From contig NC_045697.1 in NCBI RefSeq assembly GCF_009834535.1, positions 30,382,001 through 30,446,000 of the forward strand: DNA of 64,000 nt, written 5' to 3'. Under the pieces are notes generated by a model. The model ran no database searches, was not told the DNA's origin, and was given only the letters and a program-made list of their open reading frames with translations. Source of the stretch: Camelus ferus (Eukaryota). The position numbers and the translations under genes are program-made. This document shows, in pieces, positions 23,640-37,058 of the stretch (position 1 is its first letter; every line of letters starts with the position of its first letter).

Positions 23640-26039
23640 TTCTAAATAAAATATGAGATGATTGTTTTTTGCAGGATAACTTGAGAATGAATATATATTG
23701 CATTTCCATTCTGTTTTTATTTCCCTGGCAAGAGAAATAAAGGACTTCTAAACTAAATCTTCATTTTAGCATTAGTTTTTAATAGAAACCGTAAGTCAGA
23801 AGCCACATTTAAGAATAATTAACATGTTGGTTATTCTTAACTATATTTACTTTTATCATAGATAAGCTTATTATTATTTTTTAGCTAACTTTGTGCTTTA
23901 ATTAGAAGCTACTAAGTAATTAATAGACTGAACTATCTTGTGTTTTTTAATTATAAGTCTTTCACACCAGGAAGCCACGTTTTGCCCTCACTTTCAGGTG
24001 GAAACATCTCTAACGTGGTAATAAGGTATTAATCTTAAGTCAAAGGATAGTTGAGGTACCAAACCAAGACAGTGCATGAATATATCCTTCTTTCTTGTCA
24101 TGAAAATAAGTTGATTTTCTTTTGAAAATTAAAACTTTGTACATTGGCATTTTCCCTCCTTTTTTAGTATCTAAGCATGATTGCCTTCTAAGTTTACATT
24201 TTAATAATTATTGAATTACTTTGGTCACACTCAGTGATAAATGTCTGCAGCATTATGGCCATCTCCTTTGAATGATGCCTTGATCTAAGTATTAGAACAG
24301 GTGATATTTTTGCCTTTAAGTCTGTAACTTACTTAGTTCTATGTAAAGATGTTTAAAATATAGAGGCTGATTTATAAAGTCCCATATTATAATATGAAAT
24401 ACATCTTGTTCTTATTTTTAAATTCTTTGAACTCAGCTTAGGTTTTTGTTGTTGTTATTGTATTCTACCTCTCTATTCAGTCTGTAGATAGACCCTTGTC
24501 CTGTCCCTCATGAACTTTTGTTTGTTTGGGAGGAAATAATTCTGTTGGAGATTAATTCAGTGGGAGATACCATAACATATGCAAATTCCTAATAAATTCC
24601 AGTTAAATACTCTGCCCTTTACTTTGTCTTTTGCATCTCTAATTGCATCCTCCTTTAGGCTTTTCTTAAGTCTGCAAACACTGTAAAATAAATTATGTAG
24701 TTTGGTTTTATCTTTGCATAATATGAGTGTTGGTAAAATCTGTCTGTGATGTGTGAAATGTTCCAGTTCGCATTGAACAGTATCTGGGATGGCATAGATC
24801 CAATAAATATTTGTTGAATAAATTAATGAAAATTATAAATTGGACATTATTATTGATTTTCAGTTCTATTTCACAATTACTCAGTTTCTACTCTGCACAT
24901 GATAATCTTGTTAGACAGTAAACATTAAAATTTAAGGATATTAATCCTATTTCTTTTACCATTCGTTTAGCAAACACATTGTGTGTGTCTGCTTTGGCAC
25001 ATTACATTTTAGGAATTTGATTATAGTTTTCTCTCTGAAAACTTGGTTTTAAAAAGCAGAATAAATTAACTTTAGTTTCTTTTTCTTGAGATCAGATTTT
25101 TATTAGTATACATTTGTTATATAGTGCTTTTTAGATTTAATAATTTAAAATTTTCCAATAAACAGCTAAAATTTTTCATGTCATATTGGGATGAGTAAGG
25201 GTTGATTGGAATCGGAAAATAAGATTCAGTTTCATTTCTGTTTGAGGAAGTTTTTTATTCCATATTGAATTTAAGAAATTCTAGGCACAGGGAATAGTTT
25301 AAGATAAAGAAAACACTGAGAAAAAAGTATACCCACCACGTGGGGTCCCTGGCCATTCTTCCGTTAGGATCCAAGAGGAAAGTACTCCTAGGTACACTTG
25401 CGCTACACTGGTTAAGAGAAAAATCCCAGTGTGCACTAAATAGAATGAACGCTCTAGCTGGAGCTGAACTCCATTATTTTACCAGATTTTTGTCTTCCTA
25501 ATTGAATTCCTTTAATATGAACAACATGTAGATATTCCTAGGCTGTTCTTTCCTAGGAGTTAATCTTGACTGATTATTAGAATCATTTAGAAGAGCCTTT
25601 TCCCCCTTGTTGACTTATTTTTATAATTTTTATCAAGTATACACAAAAAAATTGATGAAAGTAGGAATTGAAAAGCATGTACAGAAATGTGTCACCTGCC
25701 CACTTGCCTTGCCTTCCTCAATCCTTAATTTTATATTTTAGAGCTAATCATTTTTTAATGTTTAGTATTTCTTTTATATTTACTGCCATAATTATATATG
25801 AAAGTCTTACCATGCTCTCCTGATTTAAGCATTATTTATTTCCTCTTACATAGGCATAGATTTAGTTTTTTATACACTCTCTTCTGTCCTACAGTCTCAC
25901 AGTATCATTATATTCATTTTATTAAACTTAATTCCCCCAGATTGTGTTAGGTGTCCTTTATGTACTGTTGGTGGAAAAACCCCCCAAAGCCTTTCCTTTG
26001 CTCTGTAGTAGTAGACTGTTAGCATTGCCTGCCTACTTT

Positions 26040-26880
26040 ACCTGTATCTCCTCACTAGCGGTGAGTTCACTGAAGAAGGCAAGAGCAGTTTGTTTCTTGT
26101 TCATTGTTGTACACTTCAGTGCTCGGTACAGTGCAGGCATGTAATAGAGATAGGTTTTGTTGTTACTGAAATTCCTTAAGGTTTTTCACAGTCTGGCATC
26201 TGCCTGTCTTTCCATCCTCATTGCTAACCCTGCCCTCCTGGTGGCTGCTGTGGTAACGGTACCGTACTGCCAGCACGTACTTTCCAGGCTCTCTGCCTCT
26301 GTTCGTGCTGTTTCTTTTGCCTGGACCCTTTTGATCATTTCTCTGGATCATCTCACTGTGTTCAAACCTTGTTTAGATACTGTATCTTCAGTGAGTTCTC
26401 TCTGGATCTCATAAGCAAAAGTAATAGACCTCACAGTTCTGTTTGCAGAGTTGTTATTTAGTGCATTGAAATAGTCAGGAGCTTGGGGTCTAGAGTCAGG
26501 CCTGGAGCCTGTCCTGGCTCCATCACTTGCTAGCTGTGTGTCTTTGGGCAGGTTAACTGCTTTCTTTAACCTTCAGTTTTCTCATGTGTAAAATGGAAAT
26601 GAGTGGGTTATTAGGAGGGTTTTTAAAGCACTCACTTGCTGTGAACTCCCTAGCACAGTACTTGACACGAGGGTGACCGCTCATTCAATGTTAGCTGGTT
26701 CTTGTTATTAGCCATAATGCTTCAACTCGTAGAGGTTCTTGATACCCTTGTCTCTCTGGCTAAACTGAGTCCCTCAGGGTCAGGAGCAGAGTCTTCTTTA
26801 ATAATCATAGCTCCACTTTCTAGCACAGAACTTGGGCCAAGACTATATGGATTGGTACTAAAATATATAAATAAGTGAAT
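26040..26880. mobile_element. Cluster of L2 and MIR fragments (MIR ~26470-26710)
   Basis: ggctccatcacttgctagctgtgtgtctttgggcaggttaac...cttcagttttctcatgtgtaaaatgg (MIR core); L2-like 3' pieces either side. Confidence 0.7.
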
Positions 26881-27179
26881 ATCAATTTAATCTTTCTGAT
26901 TATAATTGTTCTGCAGTGATTTGCTTTTCATCACATACAAGAGCATGTTTCCAGTGCTTTGCAATGCATACTAGATCCTTAATCCATTTTTGTATTAACG
27001 AACATAGAAACAGACTCAGGGAGGTGGGACTATTTACTGTATTGTTTATACTGTGTAACTGGTCTATTCACCTATAGTTTGATGAAATGTTTTCATTGGC
27101 TTTAGTGATCAGAAGGAATAAAAGGAAATGGAAGATTCTCTTTTGCTATGAATAATGCGGTGTTAATTTTTCCTTCCAG

Positions 27180-27224
27180 AAACGAAATCCTGAAGTTCGA
27201 CATGTAGATTTGGAGATATTATAG
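27180..27224 (+). CDS. SLC30A9: SLC30A9 terminal coding segment: KRNPEVRHVDLEIL-stop (TAG)
   Basis: tttttccttccAG acceptor at 27178-27179; matches the known ZnT9 C-terminus; TAG at 27222-27224. Confidence 0.97.
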   Translation, partial: KRNPEVRHVDLEIL

Positions 27225-28655
27225 ATTTGATGGAATGAGTCACCGTTGGGGGAGCCTTGGAAACAAGTTTGCCAAGACTGCTTTCCCACACTGAAGGAGT
27301 CAGCGCCATTCAGAAGACATTGTTTTTTTTTTTAAGATGGAGGAAGTATTCATGTAAAGGGCAATTCAACAGTCTACAGAACTAAAACAACTTCTTACTT
27401 ATAAGAGACATACTACAAGTTGAATCAATTTGGAAATCATGTTTTTATTTTCAACAGGAAGCATTTGAGTTACTTAAATTGTTCATAATTTCTCATCTTA
27501 ACCCGTCAGTGTGTATTGTACCTTGTAATCATGTTTCTTTCTACACATTGTAAAAATAAGAGACATCCATATGATTATGATTTTTAATTTTTTTGCCACT
27601 GAAGATTTTACTCCATCAGAACCTGCCAATCTTGAACATTCTGACTAAACCTTGGTTTGTGGTTTTTAAAATAGTCACTCCATTTTAAAGTCTGTCTTTA
27701 TGTGTAGAATGTGGAAATTATTTCTACATACCTTGTAATTTGCCCTGAGTACTAAGAGGAACACTCTCCTAACCTAGTTACCCATAAATGTTCATTCCAG
27801 AAAGGGCTGTGTTACTGAATTGAAGGAAGACATTTCAGTACGCTCTTTTAGGTCATAGTAGCTGCCATTTTGTAAGATTTCTTTTCTCTCCTTTGCTTTT
27901 TTTCTTTACTTAGTTTAATTTTTCTAATGGTAGGAAATGTAAAATAACCCTAGATGTTTCCATGGGCCAGTGTGATGACTGTTTTGTTTTTGTTTTTGTT
28001 TCTTTAACTGGCTTCGGTGCCATAATGTGTATTTACTAGGAGATCATGCATTTATAAGCATTTTAACATTCTGTAAATGTACTAGAAATATTTATAATTT
28101 TACAGACAGGACAGCATTTTATTTTTAATTTATTTGAAAAGAGGCACTACTTATGTAAATCTGAACTATGGGATATTTCTTGCTTTAAAAGAAAGATAGA
28201 AAAGTAAACCTCTTATGCAGAAACTTGTGGCCATGACTCTGTATAAAATATAGTCAGTAGTGTGCCTGAAACATGAGTTTCTTGCACTTACAAGTGGGCA
28301 TTTAGCATAATATATGACTATAACATTACATAAGTAAGTAGCTTTCTACTGATCATAAGGTATTGAGGTGAAAAAACATGCAATTCAGTAATTGAAAATT
28401 TAGTGCAGAACTAAGGCTGTGTCTCCATTCATCAAAACAATTCATGTGCACTTTACATTGTTCAGGTACCAGTGAGCATTGTCCACGCAAGAGTGGTGGC
28501 TGGGTGAATGAATGATCTCTGCTGGGTAATTGAGTGCTTAAGGACCTAGGTCAGTGTCTAAAAACTTACTTAGGTTGAAGTTTATGAATTGTAGCAAATT
28601 GTAATGCTGGAAACAAAAAATAAACATTTGATTAAAGGGTTTGTAATGGTAATTT
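27225..28655 (+). other. SLC30A9: SLC30A9 3'UTR (proximal form, ~1.4 kb; end approximate)
   Basis: AU-rich, repeat-free stretch from the stop codon to AATAAA/ATTAAA signals. Confidence 0.7.
28619..28636 (+). terminator. Poly(A) signals for SLC30A9: AATAAA (28619-28624) and ATTAAA (28631-28636)
   Basis: Tandem hexamers followed by GU/U-rich gggtttgtaatggtaatttttt. Confidence 0.7.
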
Positions 28656-29449
28656 TTTCATCCAGAAATGTCATTTACTGAAAATGGTGAAAATTTACAC
28701 TGGTGTACAATTTTTTTTCTATTACAAAGAATTGTGCATGCTGTACATTTTAAGTGAAATAACATTCTAGCTTTATTTTTTAAGATACAAAATTGTTTTA
28801 TACATATATGTATATATGCACACACACAATTTGATTCTCTGTTCTTATGGTTTCAAATTTTTCACCTCTACTTTTAAAAAAACTTTTTTACCCATTATAA
28901 TTCACTCTATACTTTGTGTCTTCCTCCCCTTTCCCACCTGCCATTTTGTTATTCCATGTCACTGCCATATGGGGAGGTACCAAATTGTATCTAATTTTCT
29001 CCTAGTAAAATTACTCTGAAAAATTTCACACAGCTAGACAAGAATATTAACTCTTTTAAAAAAAAAAACTTCAAAGTTGATGTGCACAAGTTATTCTTTC
29101 TAAGTGGCAGAATTTTTTAAGGACTTCCCAGAAGAGGCCAATTCCTGATATTTCTAATCTAATTTGAAGTCCTACCTATTCTTAAATAATAATTGAAGGC
29201 TTATGTTTCTGTATTTTCTTTCTAGTTCTGTTCTGCATTGCTGTTATAAAGTTTGTCAAAGCAAAATTCTACATAAAGAAGTACAGCCTATTTAAGAATT
29301 TGAGTATTTTTGTGGAATTGTGAAATGTATGACATCACTGGTCTTTTTTTTTTTTCTTCACGTTTTTTACATGGACACAGGGACTCTTGTCAACATAACT
29401 ACCTAGGGCTCCCAAGGTAATTACAAACACCGAAAACTTCAGTAACCCC

Positions 29450-29700
29450 AGATTGCAAGGTAAAAATGGGGCAGTAGGAATATCACCTACGTCACCAGTG
29501 GTGCTGTGACTGAGTCACAGCACTGCTATTTACTTGCTCTCTGACTGCAAACAATTTACTAAACTGCTCAGAGCTTCAATTTCCTCACCCAGAAAATGAG
29601 AGTATTGATACCTGCTTTACAGACTGGTTATAAGGGTCTAGGACTGTACTGAACATGAAAAGTCCTTTATAAAGTGTTTTACACATTGTAGTTATTATTT
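29450..29700. mobile_element. MIR fragments
   Basis: cagagcttcaatttcctcacccagaaaatgagagtattgatacctgctttacag. Confidence 0.7.
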
Positions 29701-29801
29701 TTATTATATTGAGTCACCCACGAACACATACAAATCACTTAAAAATTGGTCAAATTCCAAGATCTAAAAGACTTGTAACTGCCAAATCTATTCCTGCTTT
29801 C

Positions 29802-29969
29802 TTTTTTTTTTTTACATTTTTTATTGATTTATAATCATTTTACAATGTTGTGTCAAATTCCAGTGTAGAGCACAATTTTTCAGTTATACATGAACACATA
29901 CATTCATTGTCACATTTTTTTCTCTGTGAGCTACCGTAACATCTTGTGTATATTTCCCTGTGCTATACA
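29802..29969 (-). mobile_element. Short young L1 3' tail (antisense)
   Basis: poly-T then ttttattgatttataatcattttacaatgttgtgtcaaattccagtgtagagc...tttccctgtgctataca. Confidence 0.85.
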
Positions 29970-31862
29970 ATTTCTTTTTCTTTTAAACTGAAGTCAAATT
30001 TGAATTACAAAACCAGGGAATTTGATCCCCTTTCTTCAAAAATAAGATAACGTAGTTGTTCAGGTTTCCTGTTTTTGTTTTTTTTCCCAAATTAATAATT
30101 CTTACTTTGTCTTGCCCTCATGCATAGTATTTGAATATTTAAGAATATAAATCGTAATATTTTTAAGGAAAATAGCTTCTGTAGTAGAACGATTGCAAAA
30201 GTAATGTTGGACAGAGAAGAGGTCAGTCAAGAGCCCATGACTCCTGTTTGTACTAAGTGGAAATCTGGAAACTGTCAAAGGTGAGATTTACTTGTTTTCA
30301 GCTCTGACTGTAAGTCCAGTCCCCAAACTATGGAAATTAACACACTTTTTAGACCATGGCAGTGGGAGGATGAGGGATGGAGACCTATTTTTAAGTGGAC
30401 ATGTTGGTGGCCATTAGTATTCAGTTCCAAAGAGGGAGATTCCTGAACAATATTAAGGAAACTGTAAGATAGATTGGGAAACTTTCAAGTTTTTCAAAAA
30501 CAAAATTGATACCTGCGTCCATCGTCCTACACACACACACACCAAGTAACCCAGAACAACAAAGTGGCATAAGACTTGAATTTTGGGTGCATGATTTTAA
30601 CGTTACCTTAATTATTTCATACTTTGGATAATGCTTTTTGCCCAAATTAACACCATCTAGAGGAGATGGCTTAAGTTTTAAATCTGATAACTTTTTGAGG
30701 TAGAATGCTGGAAAGTACAGAAAATTGCACAGGCATTTGTAATTTTTATACTATCTTTCTTAGATTGCATTTCTTTTGGCATTTCTTTTAAATGTGATGA
30801 CCTCCCATTTGCCAAACTGTCAGAAGTCAGTGAAGCAAAGAATTGAAGGTAAAATGTTGATTCAAAGATTGTCTCCCCTAAATCCCTCATACCTGTCTCT
30901 GAAATGGAACTTTGGAAGGCATTTATATAGAAGATTTGTCTGGCAGCCTTTATATTTGCATTTAAGTTTACTAGCATCTCTAGACCTGGTTTTATGAAAC
31001 AGGGAAAAATTTTCTTTCTGTTACGTTTTATTTTATCTGTGATTTCAGTGGTCCTGGTCCCTTGGAGGGCTTTTTCCTTAATAAATGTATGTAAAGAAGA
31101 GCAGTTCACTTCTTAGTTTGGGATTTTTTTCCCCCTGATAGATAAATGTTTGTTAAACATAAATCCTTCTTTACCTCATGCTAAGAACTAAACTGTTGTA
31201 ATCTGATACATTTTACCTTAAAAATCATGCCACTGTATTTGAACAGAATTTATTATTCCTTGAGTATGCTTGTTAGTTTGTGAGTGTCCTGGTTTTATAA
31301 AACCAAGATATAACAACTCAATCATATTATAATCAATTTTAGTACAACTATTATTAATATACCATTAGGATATCATGTGCTTTGGTAAAGTGAAAATCCA
31401 AAATACCCCTTAGTGATACATAGTATTATTACATTTTGACAAAATATTTAAACGTGTTAATTGAGTTACTTCTTTTGAGATGTGTTTATATAGTACATTT
31501 AGGGTGAAAAAAATCCCCCAAAACTTAAAAACACCAAAAGCTAGAGCCAGCCTGCACTAGGATCCAAGTTGAAGTCTATACTAATCCTGTAGGAATTCCA
31601 ACTGTTTTCTTTTTCATAAGTAACTAAACCAAGGTAATTTTTCAAAGTAATTTGATATTTTGAGAGGGCATAGTTCCTTCCCCAAAATCAAAACATATTG
31701 AAAATAGAGCACTATAGTTTAGAATTTGTATAGCAAAGTACAGAATTGCGTCTGTCTTTAAGGGCTTGTAAAGGTTTTTAAATAGACCTAAAAGTAAAAA
31801 CATATCTAATAGCTATCAACAGAGTAATTTGAACTGTTCATGCCAGGTACCTTTTATATGTA

Positions 31863-33377
31863 CAAGCATACCTCAGAGATATTGCAGGTTTGGTTCCAAA
31901 CCACTGCAGTAAAGCAAATAACACAATAAAGCAAGACACAGAAATGTTTTTGGTTTCCCAGTGCATGTAAAAGTGTGCAGTAGCATTATGTCTAAAAACA
32001 CACGTACGTACCTTAATTTTAAAATATTACTTAAAAAATTGCTAAAAAATAGTAACCATTGTCTGAGCCTTTAGCAAGGCTTCTTCCTGGTGGAAGGACT
32101 TGCCTCCATGTGGATGGTGCTGACTGATCCGCATGGTGGTTGCTGAGGGTTGAGATGGCTGTGGCAATTTCTTAAGAAGATAATGAATTTGCCACATCAG
32201 TTGACTTCCTTTCAAGAACAGTTTCTCAGTAGCATTAAATGCTGTTTGATAACAGTAGAACTTCTCTCAAAATCGGAGTCAATCCTCTCAAACCCTGCCA
32301 CTGCTTTTTTAACTAACTTTACATAATATTCTCAATGTTTTGTTGTCATTTCTGCAATCTTCACAGCATCTTCACCAGGAGTAAATTCCATCACAAGAAA
32401 CCACTTTCTGTGCTCATTCATTGACAGTGGGCTTAAAATATTCAGTAAACCATGTTGCAAGCAGAGGTGCTGTCATCCAGGCTTTGTTGTTCCATGTATA
32501 GGGCACAGGCAGAGGAGATTGAGCATTGAGCACTCTTAAGAACCCTAAGGATTTTTGAAATGGTAAATGAGCATTGGCTTCAGCTTAAAGTCCCCAACTG
32601 CATGCGTCCCTAACAAGAGTCAGCCTGTCTTTCTTTTGAAGCTTTGAAACCAGGCATTGGCTTCTCTCTGGCTATGAAAATCCTAAGTGGCATCTTTTTC
32701 CAATATAAGGCTGTTTCCTCTATATGGAAAATCTCGGTTAGTATAGCCCCCTTCATAAATTATCTTAGCTGGGTCTTCTAGTAACTTGCTGCTTCACCCT
32801 GCATTTTTGTGTTATGGAGACGGCTTCTTTCCTTAAACCTCACGAATCAGACTCTGCTGGCTTCAGACTTTTCTTCTGCAGCTTCCTCACCTCTCTCAGC
32901 CTCCATAGAATTGAAGAGAGTTAGGACCTTGCTCTGGATTAGATTGTGGCTTACAGGGATGTCATGGCTGGTTTCTGGTTAGATCTTTTATCCAGGTCAC
33001 CAGAACTTTCTCCGTATCAGCAATACTGCTGTTTCACATTCTTACCACTTGTGTGCTCACTGGAGTAGCACTTTTAATTTCCTTCAAGAGCTTTTCCTTT
33101 GCTTTCACAACCTGGCTATTTGGTGTAAGAGGCCCGGTTTTTAGCCTGTCTTGACTTGGACAAGCATTCCTCACTAGGCTTACTCACTTCTAGCTTTTGG
33201 CTTAAAATGAGACACGTGCACGTCTTCCTTTCACTTGAACATTTAGAGGCCGTTGTAGGGTTATTAATTGGCCTAATTTCAACATTGCTGCGTCTCCAAG
33301 GACAGGGAGGCCCAAGGAGAGGGAGAGTGACAGGGGAGTGGCTGATTGGTGGAGCAGTCAGAACACACACATTTATC
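31863..33377 (-). mobile_element. Tigger1 (Tc1/mariner pogo-like) DNA transposon, internally deleted, one TIR present
   Basis: TA|caagcatacctcagagatattgcaggtttggttcc TIR; ORF 33116..33370(-) contains ASKCSSERKTCTCLILSQKLE, resembling the Tigger1/TIGD1 transposase N-terminus. Confidence 0.9.
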
Positions 33378-33508
33378 CCTTTTTTTAATTTTTTTAATTT
33401 TAATTTTAATTTTAATTTATATTTTGAGGAGGGAGGTAACTAGGCTTATTCACTTATTTTTAGAGGAAGTACTGGGGATTGAACCCAGAACCTTGTGCAC
33501 GCTAAGCC
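33378..33508 (-). mobile_element. Vic-1-like SINE lacking its 5' ~30 nt
   Basis: (TTTTAA)n tail, gaagtactggggattgaacccagaaccttgtgcacgctaagc, then unrelated sequence. Confidence 0.85.
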
Positions 33509-35269
33509 AGTGTCCTCTTGAACACTTTACAGATTTCTATAGCTGTACCAAAGCCAGGAATTTTCATTCATTTAGATACCAGTCTTTATGGAAGTCTAAC
33601 TACTTAACTTAAGTTAAAAAACAAAACAAAAACAAAAACACTAGGGCCTGTGCAAGATCCCAGGTGCTGATCTGCAAATCAAGCTCCTTGTATTTGTGTG
33701 TGAGACCCCATGTTTAGGATTGGGTGACTTTTCTAAGAGAAAAATAGAGGGTGGGGTGGGGTTGTTTGCAATTGTTTTTTTACCTAACTTGGGGGTGGAG
33801 GGAAAACGTGCTATTTATGATATTTTTGTTTTTGTTTCTTTTATTAACATTTCCTCTCAGCCTTGAATTTTTACTAAATTTCCTCCTGATTTAAAAATCT
33901 TGTTTGTAATCTGGGAATATGAAATCTTGGTACTTAATGTTAACACCAATTTTTTCCAAAGAGTTCAAACCACTTTAATACCAGAAACTGACAAAAAAAA
34001 AAAAAAAAAATTCACAGCCATTTCAAGCAACTGGTGGGCTTTTTATACAATAACATTGTTAACTGGTACAGTAAACGTTCTGAGAGGTAAAAGTAAAATG
34101 TAAAAAGTAGACAGGTTTTTTTTAAAATAATAAATGAAGAGAAATAATACTTTGAACTTGACTTCATCTTTCCTTCAAATTCACAATCAACATTTTGAAC
34201 ATCAGGGAACAAGTCAACCCTAAGAAAATGTTCTTGGGCCATCACAAATTTGTGTCCAGATTGATACACTATGTGATTCTGCAAGTTAATGTTAGATTAC
34301 ATGGTGGTCCAGCAAAGAGCTAAATCACCATGACATCATTTATCATCTAAAGGCCTTACAGATGAAAACTTGGGATTGGTGAGCCCAAGTGGTGAGAAAG
34401 GCAGGAGTTACAGTTTTACCATATTTCATATAAGAAATAAGTTCCTGGAAGTTGTGTAAATTAAATAATTTAAAATCTGCATTTTTTAAAAGCACTGGAG
34501 GATCTCACAATTTAAAGAAATCCTTTGAAATCCTTTTGCTATTATTTCTGTTTTGTTAGATCCTGTTTGAAGGAGATTGACTCTACCCCTGGAACTATGG
34601 CAGATCAGGTTGGGTTTAGAAGAGCATTAAGAGATTGGGTGATAGATGGTCTAGCAGCAATTCTATTTGAAGTTCAAAGAATTAACTCAGGTGATCCAAT
34701 TTCCTTATGATATTTTCTGTATGTATCAATAGTACATATCAAAATTTATTGAGCACTTACTATATACTGTCATACATGTATTATGTATTAGATACCAGAG
34801 GGACCCTTCTAGGAGAGAGGAGATAATGGCAATGTTGTTAGCCAGATAAGCAGAATCAGTCCTGACGGTCAAGGACAGTGGATGTCTCACAGACCATTCC
34901 CTCTTCCAAGGACCAGAACCGAGGAGTTACTCATGGCTGTGGCTTCTGTCCTTTTTGGGATCACTAAGGCCTGCCTGGATCAGAACCAAGCAATTGGTAA
35001 TTATGGGCAGGCTATTTCAAGTATAGAAGATGCTGAGATTCTTATCTGAGTGCACTTAATGGAAGGTATTCTGAGCAATGCCCATAAAGAATTAATTTGT
35101 GTTTGTTTTTGCAGTTTCACGTAAGCTTCCTAAGCTTGACAATGTGTAAGATCTTCACAAAATTCCTGGATTTTAATAAATATGCTCTTATTTCTCCCAT
35201 CTTAGAAAAACAGAGTAAAGCAAACACCAACCACACACACACATACACACACACAAATCCCTGAAAACA

Positions 35270-37058
35270 AAAAAAACCCTTCAACTAACTTTCCGATTTC
35301 TGTTTCCCTGTACAGCAAAAAACTCAAAGCAGCTACTACACTTGCTGCCCTTCTCCTTTCCTGTTTTCTCAGAAGCCTGCTGCAATCAGGCTTTTGTTAT
35401 TATCTCTCCACTAACCCTGTCCTTGACTTGCATACTACTAAGCACAGTAGTCAGCCTTAAATGCTGACTCTTGACCTACTAGCAGCGATTGGCACTGAAT
35501 CTTTGGCTTCCAGAATTTCACCTTCTGAGTTCTCCACCTACCTCACTGGCCACTCTTTCCCAGTCTCTTCTGCAAGTTCCTCATTTCCCTTACCTCCAAG
35601 AATTGGACTGTCCCGGGGCTTTGTCTCTTCTCTGTCTACACTCAGTCACTGAGTGCTTCAATTCTATAACTTAAAAAAAAAATCACTGCTTATTGAGATC
35701 TGAATTCTCCACCTCAAACCACAGGCTTATAAATTCAGTTGCCTACTTGGCATCTCCACTTGGGTGATGTGATAGATATGATTGCTCCCAATTATTCACG
35801 GCCCTTCAGTAAGAACATCATACACCCCTGCTGAATAACCATCCCCTTGCCATATGACTTGCAGTACTTCCCACTGACATCAGACTTCATCATCAAACAG
35901 GCTTTGACCAATACAATGTGAGCATAGGTGATACAGGCCACGTCTGGGCAGATGTTTTAGGAGCTACTGCATGATTCTGCCATAGCTGTTTTCCCTCTTT
36001 CTTGAGAAGGGCATGTTCCAGATAGGGGCTAGTTTTTTCAACCTAGGTTCCTGAATGAAAAAGACACATGGAACAGAAAGACAACCAACCCACAGCCCTT
36101 GTAATGTGAGCATCACTGAGATTAGGGAGATGACTAATATCTCAAACTCAATGCATCAAAAAGGAAAACTCCCAATTTCTTCACCTCACCTTTAAAAAAA
36201 TCTCTGTCAGTCTTTTTCTTTCCATTCAATGACACCTTCATCCTTTCAGTTGCCCAGAACCTTGGATTCGTGCCTGACTCCTCTCCATCTCCTATACAAT
36301 GGCCATTCTACACCTAAGCAAGATCTACTGGCTCCACCTCCAAAATATACTGAGAATCCATCTCTCATCATCTCAACTATTATCTTAATGTCCACCACCA
36401 TCATATCTTGCTTGAATTTTCAAAATAGCCTCTTACGTGATTCCCCCCTTCCTCCTAGCCCACGCGTTCTATGTCAACGCAGCAGCTTGGGATGTTTTGA
36501 AAACATGTCAGCTCCTACGTCATTTCTCTTCTCAAAGCCCTCCCATGGCTTCTCATCTCACGCAGAACAACAGAGTCTGTTCTGCAAAGCGTACAAGGCC
36601 CCCATAACGGAGCTTCTCCACGGTCTCTCTGACCCCATTTCCAACTCTTCTCTCCCTCACTGGTCCAGCCTGGCCGGCCTCCTTTCTGCTTTTCGTACAT
36701 CCTACGCATGCTTCCAACCCAGGGCCTTTGTCCTGCTTGAAATACTCTTCCCGCCACCTGCCTGCACAGCGTGCTTCTTTACTTCTTCAAATATCTGTTC
36801 AAGTGCCACCTTATCAGTGAGGCCTCTCCTCACTGCCCTTTATAAAATAGCAAACCCTCTTCCTTTCTCTCCCCACCCCTCTAATTTTTCCTTGCTTTGT
36901 TTTGACCATAACATTTGTTACCTGCACACTATAACTTTATTCTTGTTTATTGTCTGTCTCCACTAGAAAGTGCCATCCATTAGAGCTGGATCTCCAGAAA
37001 CTAGAATGGCACCTGACACATGGTAGGCATTCAGTAAATACATGCTGATAAGTGAGTA
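35270..37058 (+). mobile_element. Long L2 LINE remnant with 3' end, interrupted by an MLT1-like LTR (~35768-36140)
   Basis: L2 3' end cacctgacacatggtaggcattcagtaaatac; TTIISCLNFQNSLL in ORF 36229..36966 resembles L2 ORF2 C-terminal ISxLDYCNSLL. Confidence 0.82.

Noticed and set aside
30678..31109. 143-aa minus-strand ORF antisense to the SLC30A9 downstream region
   Set aside because: Non-ATG start, no recognisable domain, AT-rich UTR-like composition; likely chance.
33116..33370. TIGD1-like transposase ORF
   Set aside because: Short frameshifted fragment of a deleted Tigger1 copy; not a domesticated gene.
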